From positions 22,562 through 86,561 of the IMG/VR virus record IMGVR_UViG_3300021963_000080: a DNA stretch of 64,000 bases; one strand, 5' to 3'. The stretch is from a virus. Below, one piece after another: positions 26,755 to 39,300 of the stretch (positions are counted from its first letter, which is position 1; every line of letters begins with the position of its first letter). The notes under the pieces were generated by a model, which made no database searches, had not been told where the DNA came from, and saw nothing but the letters and a program-made list of their open reading frames with translations. The position numbers and the translations under genes are program-made.

Positions 26755-28550
26755 TGGCAAACGAATCAATCAACTTAGTAAATTTAGACTTTAATGCATT
26801 AAAGTCATCTCTTAAAACTCATCTCTCAGGCCAAGCTGCTTTTCAAGATTATGATTTTGATGGTTCGAACATGGCCGTGTTGTTGGATCTATTGGCTTAC
26901 AACACATACATCAATTCTTTCTATCTCAATATGGTAGCAAGTGAGATGTTTTTAGATTCAGCTCAGTTAAGAGATAGCGTTATATCCCATGCCAAGACAT
27001 TAAACTATACTCCTCGCTCTTTCAGATCAGCTACAGCTAGAATTAACATTGCGGTCACGCCTTCTGTTTCTTCCAACACAACGACGGTGACAATTCCACG
27101 TGGCACATCGTTCACGTCTAAGGTTGGTTCAAACACATATACATTCACATTACCAGACAACCACGTTATAACTGGATCGAGTAATGGTGTGTTTAGCGTA
27201 TCAAACGTTGAAATAAAAGAAGGCGTATTGATGACTGATACGTTCATATACAACCAAACAAGCAGCGATCAGCGTTTTATTATTTCTAATCCAACTGTTG
27301 ATACAACCACGCTGAGAGTATATGTTACAGAAAATAATGGCTCTAACGTTTTATCTTATACACAAGCCAATTCATATTTAAACATTGATTCAACTTCTCA
27401 AGTATTCTTCTTACAATCAGCAGAGAACGATTTGTATGAAGTTGTTTTTGGTAACGGTACACAAGGACGTCCTCCTTCTCATGGCGCCGCAGTTTCTGTT
27501 GTATATGGAGTAGGTAACGGAGAGCTTCCAAACGGATGTGCTCTGTTTAGTTCCGATGATGCAATTGATGGCCACAATAATGTTGCTATTACAACTGTCT
27601 CCGTGGCTACTGGCGGTCTCGTACATGAAACAACACAATCGATTCGTAAGAACGCGCCTCGCTATTTTCAAACCCAAGAGCGTGCAGTTAATGCAGCTGA
27701 TTACAAAACGTTATTACAATTAGCTTACCCAGAAATTAATGCCATTCACGTTTATGGGGGTGAGGAAGAAGATCCACCTCGCTACGGCAAAGTCGTTGTC
27801 TCTTTAGATATTGTAGACTCAGATGGAGTTTCAGAAAGCAATAAAACTGTATATCAGAAATTTCTAAAAGAGCGTTGCCCGCTTACCATCGATCCGGTAT
27901 TCATCGATCCGGAATACTTAAACTTAGAAGTGTATAGTGTTGTAACTTATAACATTAACACAATAACTGTTTCCGAAAACGATCTATTATCCACGGTTAA
28001 ATCTAAAGTACGTGTTTTCAACGAACAAAATTTAAACGACTTCAATACTACATTCAGATATTCCAAATTAGTGGAAAGCATTGATAGTGTTAGTACTAGT
28101 GTTTTAAGTAATGGCACAGAGGTAGTACCATATAAAGCTCTCAATCCTGTATTGAATAGCCCTTCACCATTTACCGTACGGTTCAATAATAAACTAAAGA
28201 TCTTGAACTCTGCTTACATTCATCCGTACGTGTCTAACCACGCCGTGACCTCTACATACTTTACATATAATGGGGTTTTATGTAGAATGGAAGATGATGG
28301 TAATGGAGTAATGCGTCTTGTTTCATTAGAAACCCAAGACGGTCAGCATGTCACTGTAATTAATATCGGTACTGTAGATTATGATACCGGTACAGTATTC
28401 ATTAACGGTTTAAATATATCTTCCTATGAGGGACCATATATTAAAATGAGAGCCGTAACTGATTTGCATGATATTGATGCTATGTTAAATAACATTATCC
28501 GAATAAAAGATGAGGATATTTTTGTAACGGCTAATGGTATAAGACGATGA
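26754..28550 (+). CDS. gp6: Baseplate wedge subunit
   Basis: LDF..LK, DYDFDGS, LLAYNT, FLDSAQLR.SV.SHAK.L.Y.P.S, RAV...DY. Confidence 0.92.
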   Translation: MANESINLVNLDFNALKSSLKTHLSGQAAFQDYDFDGSNMAVLLDLLAYNTYINSFYLNMVASEMFLDSAQLRDSVISHAKTLNYTPRSFRSATARINIAVTPSVSSNTTTVTIPRGTSFTSKVGSNTYTFTLPDNHVITGSSNGVFSVSNVEIKEGVLMTDTFIYNQTSSDQRFIISNPTVDTTTLRVYVTENNGSNVLSYTQANSYLNIDSTSQVFFLQSAENDLYEVVFGNGTQGRPPSHGAAVSVVYGVGNGELPNGCALFSSDDAIDGHNNVAITTVSVATGGLVHETTQSIRKNAPRYFQTQERAVNAADYKTLLQLAYPEINAIHVYGGEEEDPPRYGKVVVSLDIVDSDGVSESNKTVYQKFLKERCPLTIDPVFIDPEYLNLEVYSVVTYNINTITVSENDLLSTVKSKVRVFNEQNLNDFNTTFRYSKLVESIDSVSTSVLSNGTEVVPYKALNPVLNSPSPFTVRFNNKLKILNSAYIHPYVSNHAVTSTYFTYNGVLCRMEDDGNGVMRLVSLETQDGQHVTVINIGTVDYDTGTVFINGLNISSYEGPYIKMRAVTDLHDIDAMLNNIIRIKDEDIFVTANGIRR

Positions 28551-31500
28551 AGTACACGTATGGAAAAATTTCTCCTTTAGTAGAAACACAGTTTCCTGCT
28601 TTCTATAGAGAAGAAGGTCCTCTATTTGTATCGTTTGTAAAAGCCTACTATGAATGGCTAGAATCAAGCGGGAACCCTCTTTATTACTCAAGAAACCTTT
28701 TATCGTTTAAGGATATAGACACAACCCTTGATCAATTTCTTCCTCATTTCCAAACAATGTATTTGGATGGAGTGTCTCTTACTGGTGTAGAACAAAAACG
28801 CGATGTTATAAAACACGCATTAGATATTCACAGAACAAAAGGAACGATTCAAGCTCTACGTCTTGTATTTCGTTTGCTTTTTGATGAAGCGGTAAACGTT
28901 TATTATCCTGGTAATGATATTCTGAGAACATCAGACGGCAAATGGACTGTACCAATTTATTTGGAATTGTCTATCAGCAGTAAGACAGTTGGGTTTGTAG
29001 GAAAAGATATAACCGGTACTGTATCGGGAGCAAGAGCTTTTGTAGAAAGTGTGGTACGACGCAATCACAACGGTAACGTCATTGATGTTGCATATCTATC
29101 TAATGTTCGCGGTCAATTTATTACCGATGAATTAGTGAGTAGCGATAATGTCGTTGAAGGCAGTCCTAGAATCGTAGGATCATTAACGTCAATAGAAGTA
29201 ACAACAGCTGGTAGCGATTTTGAAATCGGTCAAATATTGAATGTTACGTCAGATCGAACAGGCCGTTTAGGAAAAGTCCGCGTTACAGACGTTGGTGTTA
29301 GAACTGGTGAAGTTAACTACAGACTTCAAGATGGTGGATTTGGATATACTCTGAATGCTAATGTGTTCGGCGACACTCAGAAAGTATATGTGTCAGCAAA
29401 CGTTCTTTCAATAACCTCGTTCACAACCAGTAACACTTCTATAACAAACTACAGTGAATTTAGTACCGTAAGACAGCCCCTCGTAAACGTAGCTTTCTCA
29501 AGTGCTAACGTTACTTTTGCCAATGGTAGTTTAGTGTATGGAGTCAATTCCACAGGGGGCTACGTTGCTGGGGGATTCATTCTTGGGGCAAACCAAGTAA
29601 CGACAACAGGCTGGTTGCTGATATCTCCACATAGTGTTGCTAATGTCGGTTTAGATACAATAACGAGCGCAAACACTTTATCTGGATCATTCGTTGTAGG
29701 CGAGATGGTATATCAAGCAAATGCTTCAGGTAATGCTGCTGTCGGTGTTGTGGTATATGCTAACAGCTCTGCTGCAACACTAGACCAACGCTTTGGTCCT
29801 TTTACTACCAATACTTTGCTAGTTGGCAAAACGTCACATTGTACTGCTAACGTCACTACTGTTAGTACTCTAGCATTTGATAATACAAACTTCAGTAATG
29901 CGTCTATCACAAAAATATATGCAAACGCCACAACAAACGGAGCTGTCAAATCTACAGCTACGGATATAACAGCAGTTGGTACTGTTGTTGGAAGTAATTC
30001 CCAAGCAGTAGGCGTTTACAGCATCACAAATGCGTTTGTTGCTGATGCTTCAAACCGCAATTACATCTACGATACATCGACAGGAGCACAAGCAGTTGTT
30101 ACCATCATAAGTTCTGGTAGCCCTGGCGGATTTAAAATTGGTGGTATTTCAAATACAGAAATTGTTTTCATAGGAGCAGATAGGCTTAACGGAAATAATA
30201 GCGGTAACGTATCTTTTATGTCCATTAATTTGAATGCTAATAATTCTAATGCTGCGTCAAATACTGGCTATGGGTTTGCCCGCCTTCCTGCTGCAAATAG
30301 TTCTTCCGTAATAGGAACAGCTCTTACTAAAATACCATTAACAATCGGTTCTATTATTTCATTGACAGAACGTAATCCTGGTAACGATAATACAGCTCAG
30401 CCTTTTGTTGTGGAAATAGAGAAAGCGATTGCTGCTTATGGCAAGCGAGAAATAATTAATTTAAACATTACCAATCAAACGGCTGGATTTAGAGACGGAG
30501 AACTCGCAACTCAATCAATCATAAGTCCAGGAATTTCTGCAAACGTTGGTAGTGTTTCTGGTACGTTCGATACTGCTGGTAGAGAAGTTGTCACTCAAGT
30601 TCGCTCCGATGGTAATACAGTCTATGGTGAGATTTACTCCGCTGCTGTAATTGGAGCGAATGGATCTTTACGTATCCTCGTATCAAATACAGCAAATACG
30701 TTCGATGTATCCAATACCATTGTGGGAACATATTCGGGAGCAGTTGCTACGCCAAATGCAATTGTGGCAAACAATCTTACTATTAGTGCTAAAGGTATAA
30801 TTGAATCTTCAAACAGCAGTTTAGTTACACTACGAAGAATATCGTTTGTTAATTTCATTACAGGAACAGTTCTTGTTGGAGCGGAATCTGGCTCGACGGC
30901 CAATGTTGTTTATATTACGGAAGATGCGTCAGCAAATGTTCTTGGCAATAATGCTGTCGTAGAAGCCGCGGCCGGTATTACAAACGGAACACTCCGATCT
31001 GTAGAAGTAGTCGATTCGGGATTCTCTTATCAGAGCGGCGAATACATCACACTATATGCCGACAATAATCCAATCGAGGGTGCTGGATTGGTTACTCTTG
31101 GTACGCAAGGTTCAAGCGAAGGGTATTGGAAGGGTCAGGACGGCTTCTTGGACAGCAATAAGTATATCCAGGACAATCATTACTACCAAGAATACTCATA
31201 TGAGATTCAATCTGGTATCGATCAGAATAAATATAATGATTTTGTTAAAAACACTGTGCACGTTGCTGGCACAAGGATGTTTGGATCATTCTATAAAGAT
31301 TTAGTAGGACAAAACGCTCCGGTACGTGTAGAGGCCACATACCCAAAAATCACTACGCTAAGTTTAGGTAGTATTGTGGGAGACTTTACTGCAGGAGAAT
31401 TGGTCAATCAATCCAACGGTACATCAAATACAGCAAACGGTTATGTATTATCGTTTAGTAACACCCTAAATACCTTACAACTTATAAACACTGTAGGGAC

Positions 31501-31582
31501 ATTTGTAACGTCCAACGTTGTTACAGGAGCAAACTCTTCTGCTCAAGGTAACACAACAACCATAGAGATTACTATTTCTTAA
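28547..31582 (+). CDS. gp7: Baseplate wedge initiator
   Basis: QFP.F.RE..P.FV.F.KAYYE, KGT, SDGKW, IQDN.YYQEYSY, H.AG. Confidence 0.85.
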   Translation: MKYTYGKISPLVETQFPAFYREEGPLFVSFVKAYYEWLESSGNPLYYSRNLLSFKDIDTTLDQFLPHFQTMYLDGVSLTGVEQKRDVIKHALDIHRTKGTIQALRLVFRLLFDEAVNVYYPGNDILRTSDGKWTVPIYLELSISSKTVGFVGKDITGTVSGARAFVESVVRRNHNGNVIDVAYLSNVRGQFITDELVSSDNVVEGSPRIVGSLTSIEVTTAGSDFEIGQILNVTSDRTGRLGKVRVTDVGVRTGEVNYRLQDGGFGYTLNANVFGDTQKVYVSANVLSITSFTTSNTSITNYSEFSTVRQPLVNVAFSSANVTFANGSLVYGVNSTGGYVAGGFILGANQVTTTGWLLISPHSVANVGLDTITSANTLSGSFVVGEMVYQANASGNAAVGVVVYANSSAATLDQRFGPFTTNTLLVGKTSHCTANVTTVSTLAFDNTNFSNASITKIYANATTNGAVKSTATDITAVGTVVGSNSQAVGVYSITNAFVADASNRNYIYDTSTGAQAVVTIISSGSPGGFKIGGISNTEIVFIGADRLNGNNSGNVSFMSINLNANNSNAASNTGYGFARLPAANSSSVIGTALTKIPLTIGSIISLTERNPGNDNTAQPFVVEIEKAIAAYGKREIINLNITNQTAGFRDGELATQSIISPGISANVGSVSGTFDTAGREVVTQVRSDGNTVYGEIYSAAVIGANGSLRILVSNTANTFDVSNTIVGTYSGAVATPNAIVANNLTISAKGIIESSNSSLVTLRRISFVNFITGTVLVGAESGSTANVVYITEDASANVLGNNAVVEAAAGITNGTLRSVEVVDSGFSYQSGEYITLYADNNPIEGAGLVTLGTQGSSEGYWKGQDGFLDSNKYIQDNHYYQEYSYEIQSGIDQNKYNDFVKNTVHVAGTRMFGSFYKDLVGQNAPVRVEATYPKITTLSLGSIVGDFTAGELVNQSNGTSNTANGYVLSFSNTLNTLQLINTVGTFVTSNVVTGANSSAQGNTTTIEITIS

Positions 31583-31583
31583 T

Positions 31584-33353
31584 ATGTCAAAGATTTTCAC
31601 GAATCGTTTTAAAATTAATGCAATTAATGCATTAGTTGCATCTCAGCCTGCGTATTTTATTTTTGTTGGCCGTCATACGCCTTATGATAACGAATCTATA
31701 CCTCCTACCCTCGTCGATAACATTCAGACAACATACGTTGACGTCTACGACCAAATGCTCTTTGCTAAAGCCGTCGAACAAACGGATGTATCATTCATGG
31801 TACCGAGAGTAGATTGGACATACGGTACCGTTTATAACCAATATGACCACCAATCGACTGCTCTATATGATACATCGTTTTATGTAAGCGTTGACTCTGG
31901 TAGTGGATATGATGTATTCAAATGTTTGAGTAATGCAGGAGGGATTCCTTCTACTATTGCTCCTGATTTGGCCCAAACGTCTGCTAGCGATGACATATAC
32001 GAAACATCGGACGGGTACCAATGGAAGTATATGTACTCTATTACTAATGCCCAGTTTGATAAATTTGCCACAGCAGATTTTATTCCTGTTATAACTAATG
32101 CAAACGTTGTAGCAAATGCTGTACATGGTTCTATAGATTATATTGATGTGTCATATGAGGGATCTAACTATGATTCGTACACTAATGGAGCTTTCCAGTC
32201 TGTCACAGTAGCTGGTAATACTCAAGTTTTTTATATTCAATCAACCGCTTCTGCTAATTCTAATTTTTATAACGGATGTGCAATCAAAGTAACGTCGGGA
32301 ACAGGGACCGGTCAGCAGCGTACTGTAGAAAGCTACACAGTAAGTGGTTCGACAAGACAGATTGTTATCAATACAGCTTTTGATGTCAATCCTACTACTT
32401 CCTCAACGTATGAAATAACTCCAAATGCAGTCGTTGTAGGAGATGGTTCTGGCTTTATTGGAAGAGCAATAGTAAACTCTACATCTAACTCAATATATAA
32501 AGTTGAGATTACTGATCGGGGTACAGACTATACATTTGGATCGCTAACATTTACAGGAAATACAGGTGGCATTTCCAACACAGCAGTTGGTAGAGTTATT
32601 ATCAGTCCTCCCGGAGGACATGGTAGCGATGCTACAGAAGAGCTTGGGGCTCATTATATGGGGCTAAGCGTTAAGTTCGATACATCTGAAGCAATCGCAA
32701 ATGGTAAAGTATTTGATGTTAATGATTTTAGAGTGATAGGGGTTCTAAGTAGTCCTCTACTCGCAAACTTAGAGCTTACATACACTGGGTCAATTGGAAC
32801 GTTTGAAGTTGGTGAGCAAATAACTCAATCAAACACAGGCGCGAGTGGATATGTTACATTTGCAAACACTACAGTATTGAGAATGGCAAATGTTAGCTCT
32901 AGCAATAACTGGTTTGTACCGGGAAATTCAATATACGGAGTAATAACTGGGGGAAACACCGCCACGACTGCTCAGGTAGTTTCGGTTAGAAACAACGGTA
33001 GTGCCAATCTATCAGCAAACCTTGCTTACATCAACCAAACAACAACTTTAAATGTATCCGCTGTGACGGGGACATTTACTGAAGATGAAATTGTTACTGG
33101 AACAGGAAATACAGCAACATCGAATGCTGTATTATATAAAGCCAATAGTTCCGTAATACACATTACAAACGTTAAGGGTACTTTCGGGGGTACATTAACA
33201 GGCGCCGATAGCGGTGCAACTGCAACAATAACAACAACTCGTCCCGGAGACTTTGTTGTTGGTAGCGGAGATGTTGTCTATATAGAGAATATTACCGCGA
33301 TAAATAAAAATGCAGGCCAAACAGAAAAAATTAAAGCAGTTATCGAGTTCTAA
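31584..33353 (+). CDS. gp8: Baseplate wedge subunit
   Basis: R.DW..G..Y..Y, VFKCLSN, DGYQWKYMY, PPGGHG, SGDV.YIEN. Confidence 0.85.
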   Translation: MSKIFTNRFKINAINALVASQPAYFIFVGRHTPYDNESIPPTLVDNIQTTYVDVYDQMLFAKAVEQTDVSFMVPRVDWTYGTVYNQYDHQSTALYDTSFYVSVDSGSGYDVFKCLSNAGGIPSTIAPDLAQTSASDDIYETSDGYQWKYMYSITNAQFDKFATADFIPVITNANVVANAVHGSIDYIDVSYEGSNYDSYTNGAFQSVTVAGNTQVFYIQSTASANSNFYNGCAIKVTSGTGTGQQRTVESYTVSGSTRQIVINTAFDVNPTTSSTYEITPNAVVVGDGSGFIGRAIVNSTSNSIYKVEITDRGTDYTFGSLTFTGNTGGISNTAVGRVIISPPGGHGSDATEELGAHYMGLSVKFDTSEAIANGKVFDVNDFRVIGVLSSPLLANLELTYTGSIGTFEVGEQITQSNTGASGYVTFANTTVLRMANVSSSNNWFVPGNSIYGVITGGNTATTAQVVSVRNNGSANLSANLAYINQTTTLNVSAVTGTFTEDEIVTGTGNTATSNAVLYKANSSVIHITNVKGTFGGTLTGADSGATATITTTRPGDFVVGSGDVVYIENITAINKNAGQTEKIKAVIEF

Positions 33354-33362
33354 GAGGAAGTC

Positions 33363-36300
33363 ATGCCACTTGACAAGCAAACAACAACATTAGCCCAGAC
33401 ACCATACTTTGACGATTATGATGAGACGAAGAACTATCACAGAGTTCTTTTCAAACCTTCCGTCGCCGTACAAGCACGTGAGCTAACTCAACTTCAAACA
33501 ATATTACAAAACCAGATTGAAAGATTTGGGGATAATATTTTTAGAACTGGTACCATTATTAAAGGTTGTTCTTTAACGACTGATGATCAATATTACTATG
33601 TTAAATTGTTTGATACTCAAATCAACGGCAATTCATATACTCTATCTGCACTTACTAATACCTACGTAACAGAATCGTCTTCTAACCTAACCGCTGTATC
33701 AGTAAATTATAAAACTGGCGGACAGCAAACGGATCCTGATTTAAATACACTGTATATTAAGTATTTGAATACCGGTACTGGTGGCCAGAAAGCTTTCAGT
33801 AATGGTGCAACATTAACAATATACAATCGTAATTACCGCGTCGAGACTATTGCTATCAATAGTGGCGGTACCCTATACTCAAACAGTGACACTATTGCAT
33901 TCAGTGGTGGCGGTGGTGCTGGCGCAGTTGCTGGTGTTACTACTTACGCTAACGGTACGCTTAAGTCAATTGAGATTACAGATAATGGTAGTGGATATAC
34001 TACTTCTCCAACAGTCACAGTAACAACAAGCACAGGCTCTGGGGCTAATTTAACATCGTTCAACTATCTCGCTCAGATCGCTGTTGCTAATAGCCTGTAC
34101 ACAGCACCAACAGGACGTGGTTATGCAGTTAAAACGTCCGAGGGGGTTATCTATCAAAAGGGCCACTTTATTCGTGTTGGCTCGCATGAGGAAGTTGTAT
34201 CCAAGTATAACACATCACCAAATAACGTCGTAATTGGCTTCCATACAACAGAGGCAGTTGTTAACAGCAACTCCGATCAGACATTGCTGGATAATGCTAA
34301 TAACTCTACTAACTACACAGCTCCTGGTGCTGATCGTCTAAAACTTACTGCTAACCTAGTTGTTCTTTCGACTGCTAACGCTGCATCTAATAATGACTTC
34401 CTTGCATTGTATGAGTTTGAAAACGGAAGAATTATTAAGGACAGAACCACTACACAATTTAATTCGATCAACAAAGAACTCTCTAAGAGAACATTTGAAG
34501 AGTCAGGTAATTATGTTGTGGATCCGATTCCGATGTACACTGAATCGATTAGCGGAAACACAACCCATTTGAATTTGGTGATTGGTGCTGGTTTAGCATA
34601 CGTGGAAGGCAATCGCGTTCAAATTTACAATAATACTAAGATTCCTCTACGTAAGTCAACTAATACGATTACTAACGATGCGCAAACAATATCTACCAAC
34701 TATGGTGGCTACGTTTATGTTAAAGAATTGCTTGGTAACTTTGATATTAAGTTAGGAACGACTGTCACGCTACGTAGTACAGCAGGAACAGACTTATCAG
34801 ATAATGCCGGAGGCTCTCCTACGACTCCTGGTACCCAGATTGGTACAGCTCAAGTACGTTCATTGGTATTTGATGCCGGCACTCCAGGTACTCCTGATTG
34901 CCAATATAGACTTTACATTTATGATGTGAAGATGAGCTCAGGGTTCTCGTTCAAAGATGTAAGATCTATTGCAGTTGCTGGCGTCGGTGTCGCGGACGTT
35001 GTATTGAACGCTGATAATTTAGCTGTAATAAACGACATCCAGTATGATTCGTTGATTTTTAATACTGGTACGTTTGGTGTTCAAACTCTTACAAACGAAA
35101 CGTTCATTAGTAGATCACAGACTAACGCTGCATTTGCGGTTGGGGGAACCTTAAGCACATCATTCTCTGGTGGTAATACTCTTCCATATTCTGCTGGATC
35201 GACATTGAATAGCGTACAAGAACGCGACTTCATTGTTATCCCTCAGACAACTCTTGTTTCTTCAACAAACAAGACTGGAACTGTTGCTACAACAAGCGGT
35301 GCAAATACTGTAACTGGTACAAGTACATTATTCACTTCCGAATATTCTGTTGGTCAGTTTATTAAAGTTGGTACACAAGATCCATTACGTATTGTTAAGA
35401 TTTCAAGCAATACATCTATTCAAGTGGCTAACAACTTTGCTGCTTCTTTGTCTGCAAACGTTCATACTATTGCTTATCCAGCAAACGTTCCAATCGATTT
35501 CCAGAACCAAGCAGGAAAATCAATTGCTATTGATGGAACACAAACAACACTGACGTTGAATCTTGGCCACGGTCTAACAGGAACTGGTACAGTTTCTATC
35601 TACCATGATATTCAAAATGAAAGCCCAGCTGTTAAAGTTAAGACAGTTAAAAGCCCAGTGTTTGTTAAGCTGTCCACAGCTGCTACAACAACATCTACAA
35701 CCGGACCATGGTGCTTAGGTATTCCTGATGCATATGAAGTAACTGGAGTATACGTCGGCTCTGCTAACACATATAGCAACACAACAACAAACTACGTAAA
35801 CGAATTCTTCTTAGATAGCGGTCAGAACGACAACTATTATGGTTTGTCATATTTGAAGAAGCGTCCAGGCTCAACGCTAGCAATTGCTAATACAAACTGC
35901 TTGTTAGTATCGTTGAAAGCATTCACACATGGTGTTGGCAAATACATCTCTACAGAATCATACGCTTCAGCGATCGATGATGCTACAGAGCCATTACCAT
36001 CTAATAAGATTCGTACGCAAGACGTTCCTGTTTACACATCTCCAAAAACTGGTAAAGCATATGACTTGCGTGATGTAATTGACTTTAGACCTATTTGCTC
36101 TAATACGGCAAACGTAAATGCAACTGCAGTTGCAGGAGCTACAATCGATCCATCTACGACAATTACATTTGCTTCCGCAGAGAAATATTTTCCTTCTCCT
36201 ACAAGAGAATTTACCGCTAGCGTAAACTCATATCTGGCAAGACAAGATAGAGTAGTAATTGACACATACGGTGGTATTACTGTAACAGAAGGCATTCCTG

Positions 36301-39300
36301 CAAACAACCCTTCTGGTCCTTCAGAGCCTAAAGGCACAATGACAATTGGTATGGTCAATGTAGCACCGTATCCTAGCTTATCTGCTAAAGATGCAGCTGA
36401 TTCGAGCCGTACTGATCTCGGTGTTTATATTAACCCGATGCAAAACAAACGCTATACGATGAAGGATATTTCCGACATCGAGCGTCGTATTAATAGACTA
36501 GAGTATTATGCTCTACTGAATACTCTAGAGCAAAATACTAAGCAACTTGTGTTGCCTGGAGAAGCAAATAGCTCAATCGAAAGATTTAAAAACGGCTTCT
36601 TTGTTGATCCATTGACAGATTACAACGTATCCAATCTTAACGATGCTGAGTATAGTGTTATTATTGACACAAACAAAGGAGTTGCTAGACCAAACTTCAG
36701 CGATGTAAAAATTGATTTAGTTTACGATTCGGCTAATAGCACAAATACTACCAAGACGGGAGATATTGTAACGCTAAGTTTTACAGAGAAAAATCTCGTA
36801 CAACAACCGATAGCAAATAAGATTCGTACTCTTGTTGATCAGTTCTGGAAGTATAAAGCAAACGTTAGTTTGTATCCTCCTTATGACAACTACTATGATA
36901 TTACACGCAAGGGTGTATCTATTACTGTTGATATTGCCACTCCGTTGAATGCATTGGCTAGAGCAACAAGTAGTGCGCTTTCCCAACTTAACGTGTCTAC
37001 CAACTTAGACAGCGTGGCTAACGTTGGTAATGCAATATTTGTTGGTATGAATGGTACGAACCGTGTATTTGAGCAAGACGTTCTTAAAACGTTTACAGAT
37101 ACAAAAGTCAAAATCAATCCTGGTCAAGAGTTAATTACTCAACAGAACCTCGGGGATTATGTTACTGACTTTACGTTGAGACCTTACATACGGGAACAAA
37201 GAATATACTTCTTTACAGCTGGATTACGTCCAGGAGCAACCCACTACGTGTTCTTCGATAACGTCAACGTATCGAGCTACGTCACACCAGCCAGCATAAC
37301 TGTCTTTACAAATGTTACGGAAAATTCATTTACTGTAACTGGAGCGAAGGGGGCTGCATTAGTAGCGGGCGATAATGGTCAGTTAGCTGGTTATATCGAC
37401 CTTCCTGGCGGTACATTCTTTGTTGGTGAGCGTAATGTTGTTATTATGGACGTCGATGCTACAGCTTCGGAGACATCAGCTACATCTAAAGCCGTTGGTT
37501 CATTTGTAGCGTACGCTTATGGTGTTAACAAAACAAACCTATCACTCTCTACGAAGACTATTGATGTAACGTATGATAATTCGTTTGGAGTAGCTAACTA
37601 TACAAACACCTATGTTGTTTCTGATAAAGTAAGATTTGAACGTCCGGACCCTCTATCACAAACGTTTAGAGTGCAACGTCAATTGGCTGATACTGATGGC
37701 GTATTCATTACTGGCATTGATGTATTCTTTAGGGCGAAGGATGCAACGCAAGGCGTTACCTTAGAATTACGCGAAACAAATAATGGTGTACCTTCACATA
37801 TTATTGTTCCTTTCTCTCGTACACGACTGTCCCCTGCAAACGTTAGCGTAAGCGAGACAGCTTCAAATGCAACTTCATTTACGTTTGCTTCTCCTGTATA
37901 TCTGAAAACAGAAACGGACTATGCAATCGTCATTTACCCTGATGCTAACTCTCCTGAATATACGATTTGGACGGCTGAGACAGGCGTTAAAGACGTAGCC
38001 AACACTTCGTTGATCAGTAACCAGAACTGGGGACTGGGAACGATGTTCTATTCAACTTCTGGTACAGCTTGGACGCCAGTACAAGACGAGGACTTGAAGT
38101 TTACAGTCAAGCGCGCTCTGTTTAATAATCTAAGTGGTACAGCAAAAGTACACAACGGAGATTATGAGTTCCTAACACTAGCAAATACAGAAGGATACTT
38201 TACTGGGGGCGAAACTGTTGCGCAATTAAGTAACACATATTTGAGTGGTACTTTTACGACTAATGTAGCGAACGTTGTTGTAGGTACAAGCTCAAGTCAA
38301 GCGGCTGCTCTATCAGTTGGCGATAATGTATTGTTTGTGTATTCTAATAATGCTGCTATAGGTACTGGTAATGTTAATGTAACGACTGTTACTGTTTCTA
38401 ATGGCGGCGGTCAAACAACAGACTTCGTTACAGAATATTCCGCTGGGGATTTCATCCGCATTGGTAGCGATATCAGACAAGTTGTTGCTGTCACTAACTC
38501 AACATCGATAACAATTGACTCTGCGTTGAGCACTAGTGCTTCTAACTCAACTCATTACCGTATGGATCCTGTGTTTGATGTTAGCCGCGTAACTGCAGCC
38601 AACTCTTCCACAATTACTATTAATAAGGTACCTAAGTTAACAAGCAATGCTTCTATTATTGTTAATGGTCAAAAAGTAGTTCGTGGTGTTGTGAGTGCTT
38701 ACGATTATGGTAATACAAAGATCTATATCAGTTCTTCAACGTCTGCTAATGATACGTTCAAGATTCAAACATCTAACTCTGCTTATAGAGGTACGATCGT
38801 TGGAGATACAAGTCAAGCGCTTGGTGTTGTAAGTACAGTCGATAACATAAAAGCTAATATCTTTAGACCATTAATTAATACATTACAAATACCTGGTACA
38901 ACTGTTTCGTTGGTTGGAACACTAACAACCAATGCTGGTTCTACAGACACTAAATCTTACTTCTTAACTGCTTCAAGCAGATTGGATCTGGGAGATGATG
39001 CTATCATTAAGAGTAAGTCTAATGAGATTGTAGGATCTACAATTACAAAATCATTCACTGCTGACTTGCAAATGTCAGGAGCAACTACTGACATATCTCC
39101 ATTAGTGGATATGAACCCATCAAGTGTTGTTCTGACAAGAAACTTAGTCAATAACGATTATACTAATGAGACCGGTCGTTTTGGTAGTGCTACATCTAAG
39201 TATGTCTCCAAGCGTATTGCGCTAGCTGACGGTTTAGATGCGGAGGATGCTAAAATATTCATTACAGCATATAAGCCAAGCGGTACTACAATTCAAGTGT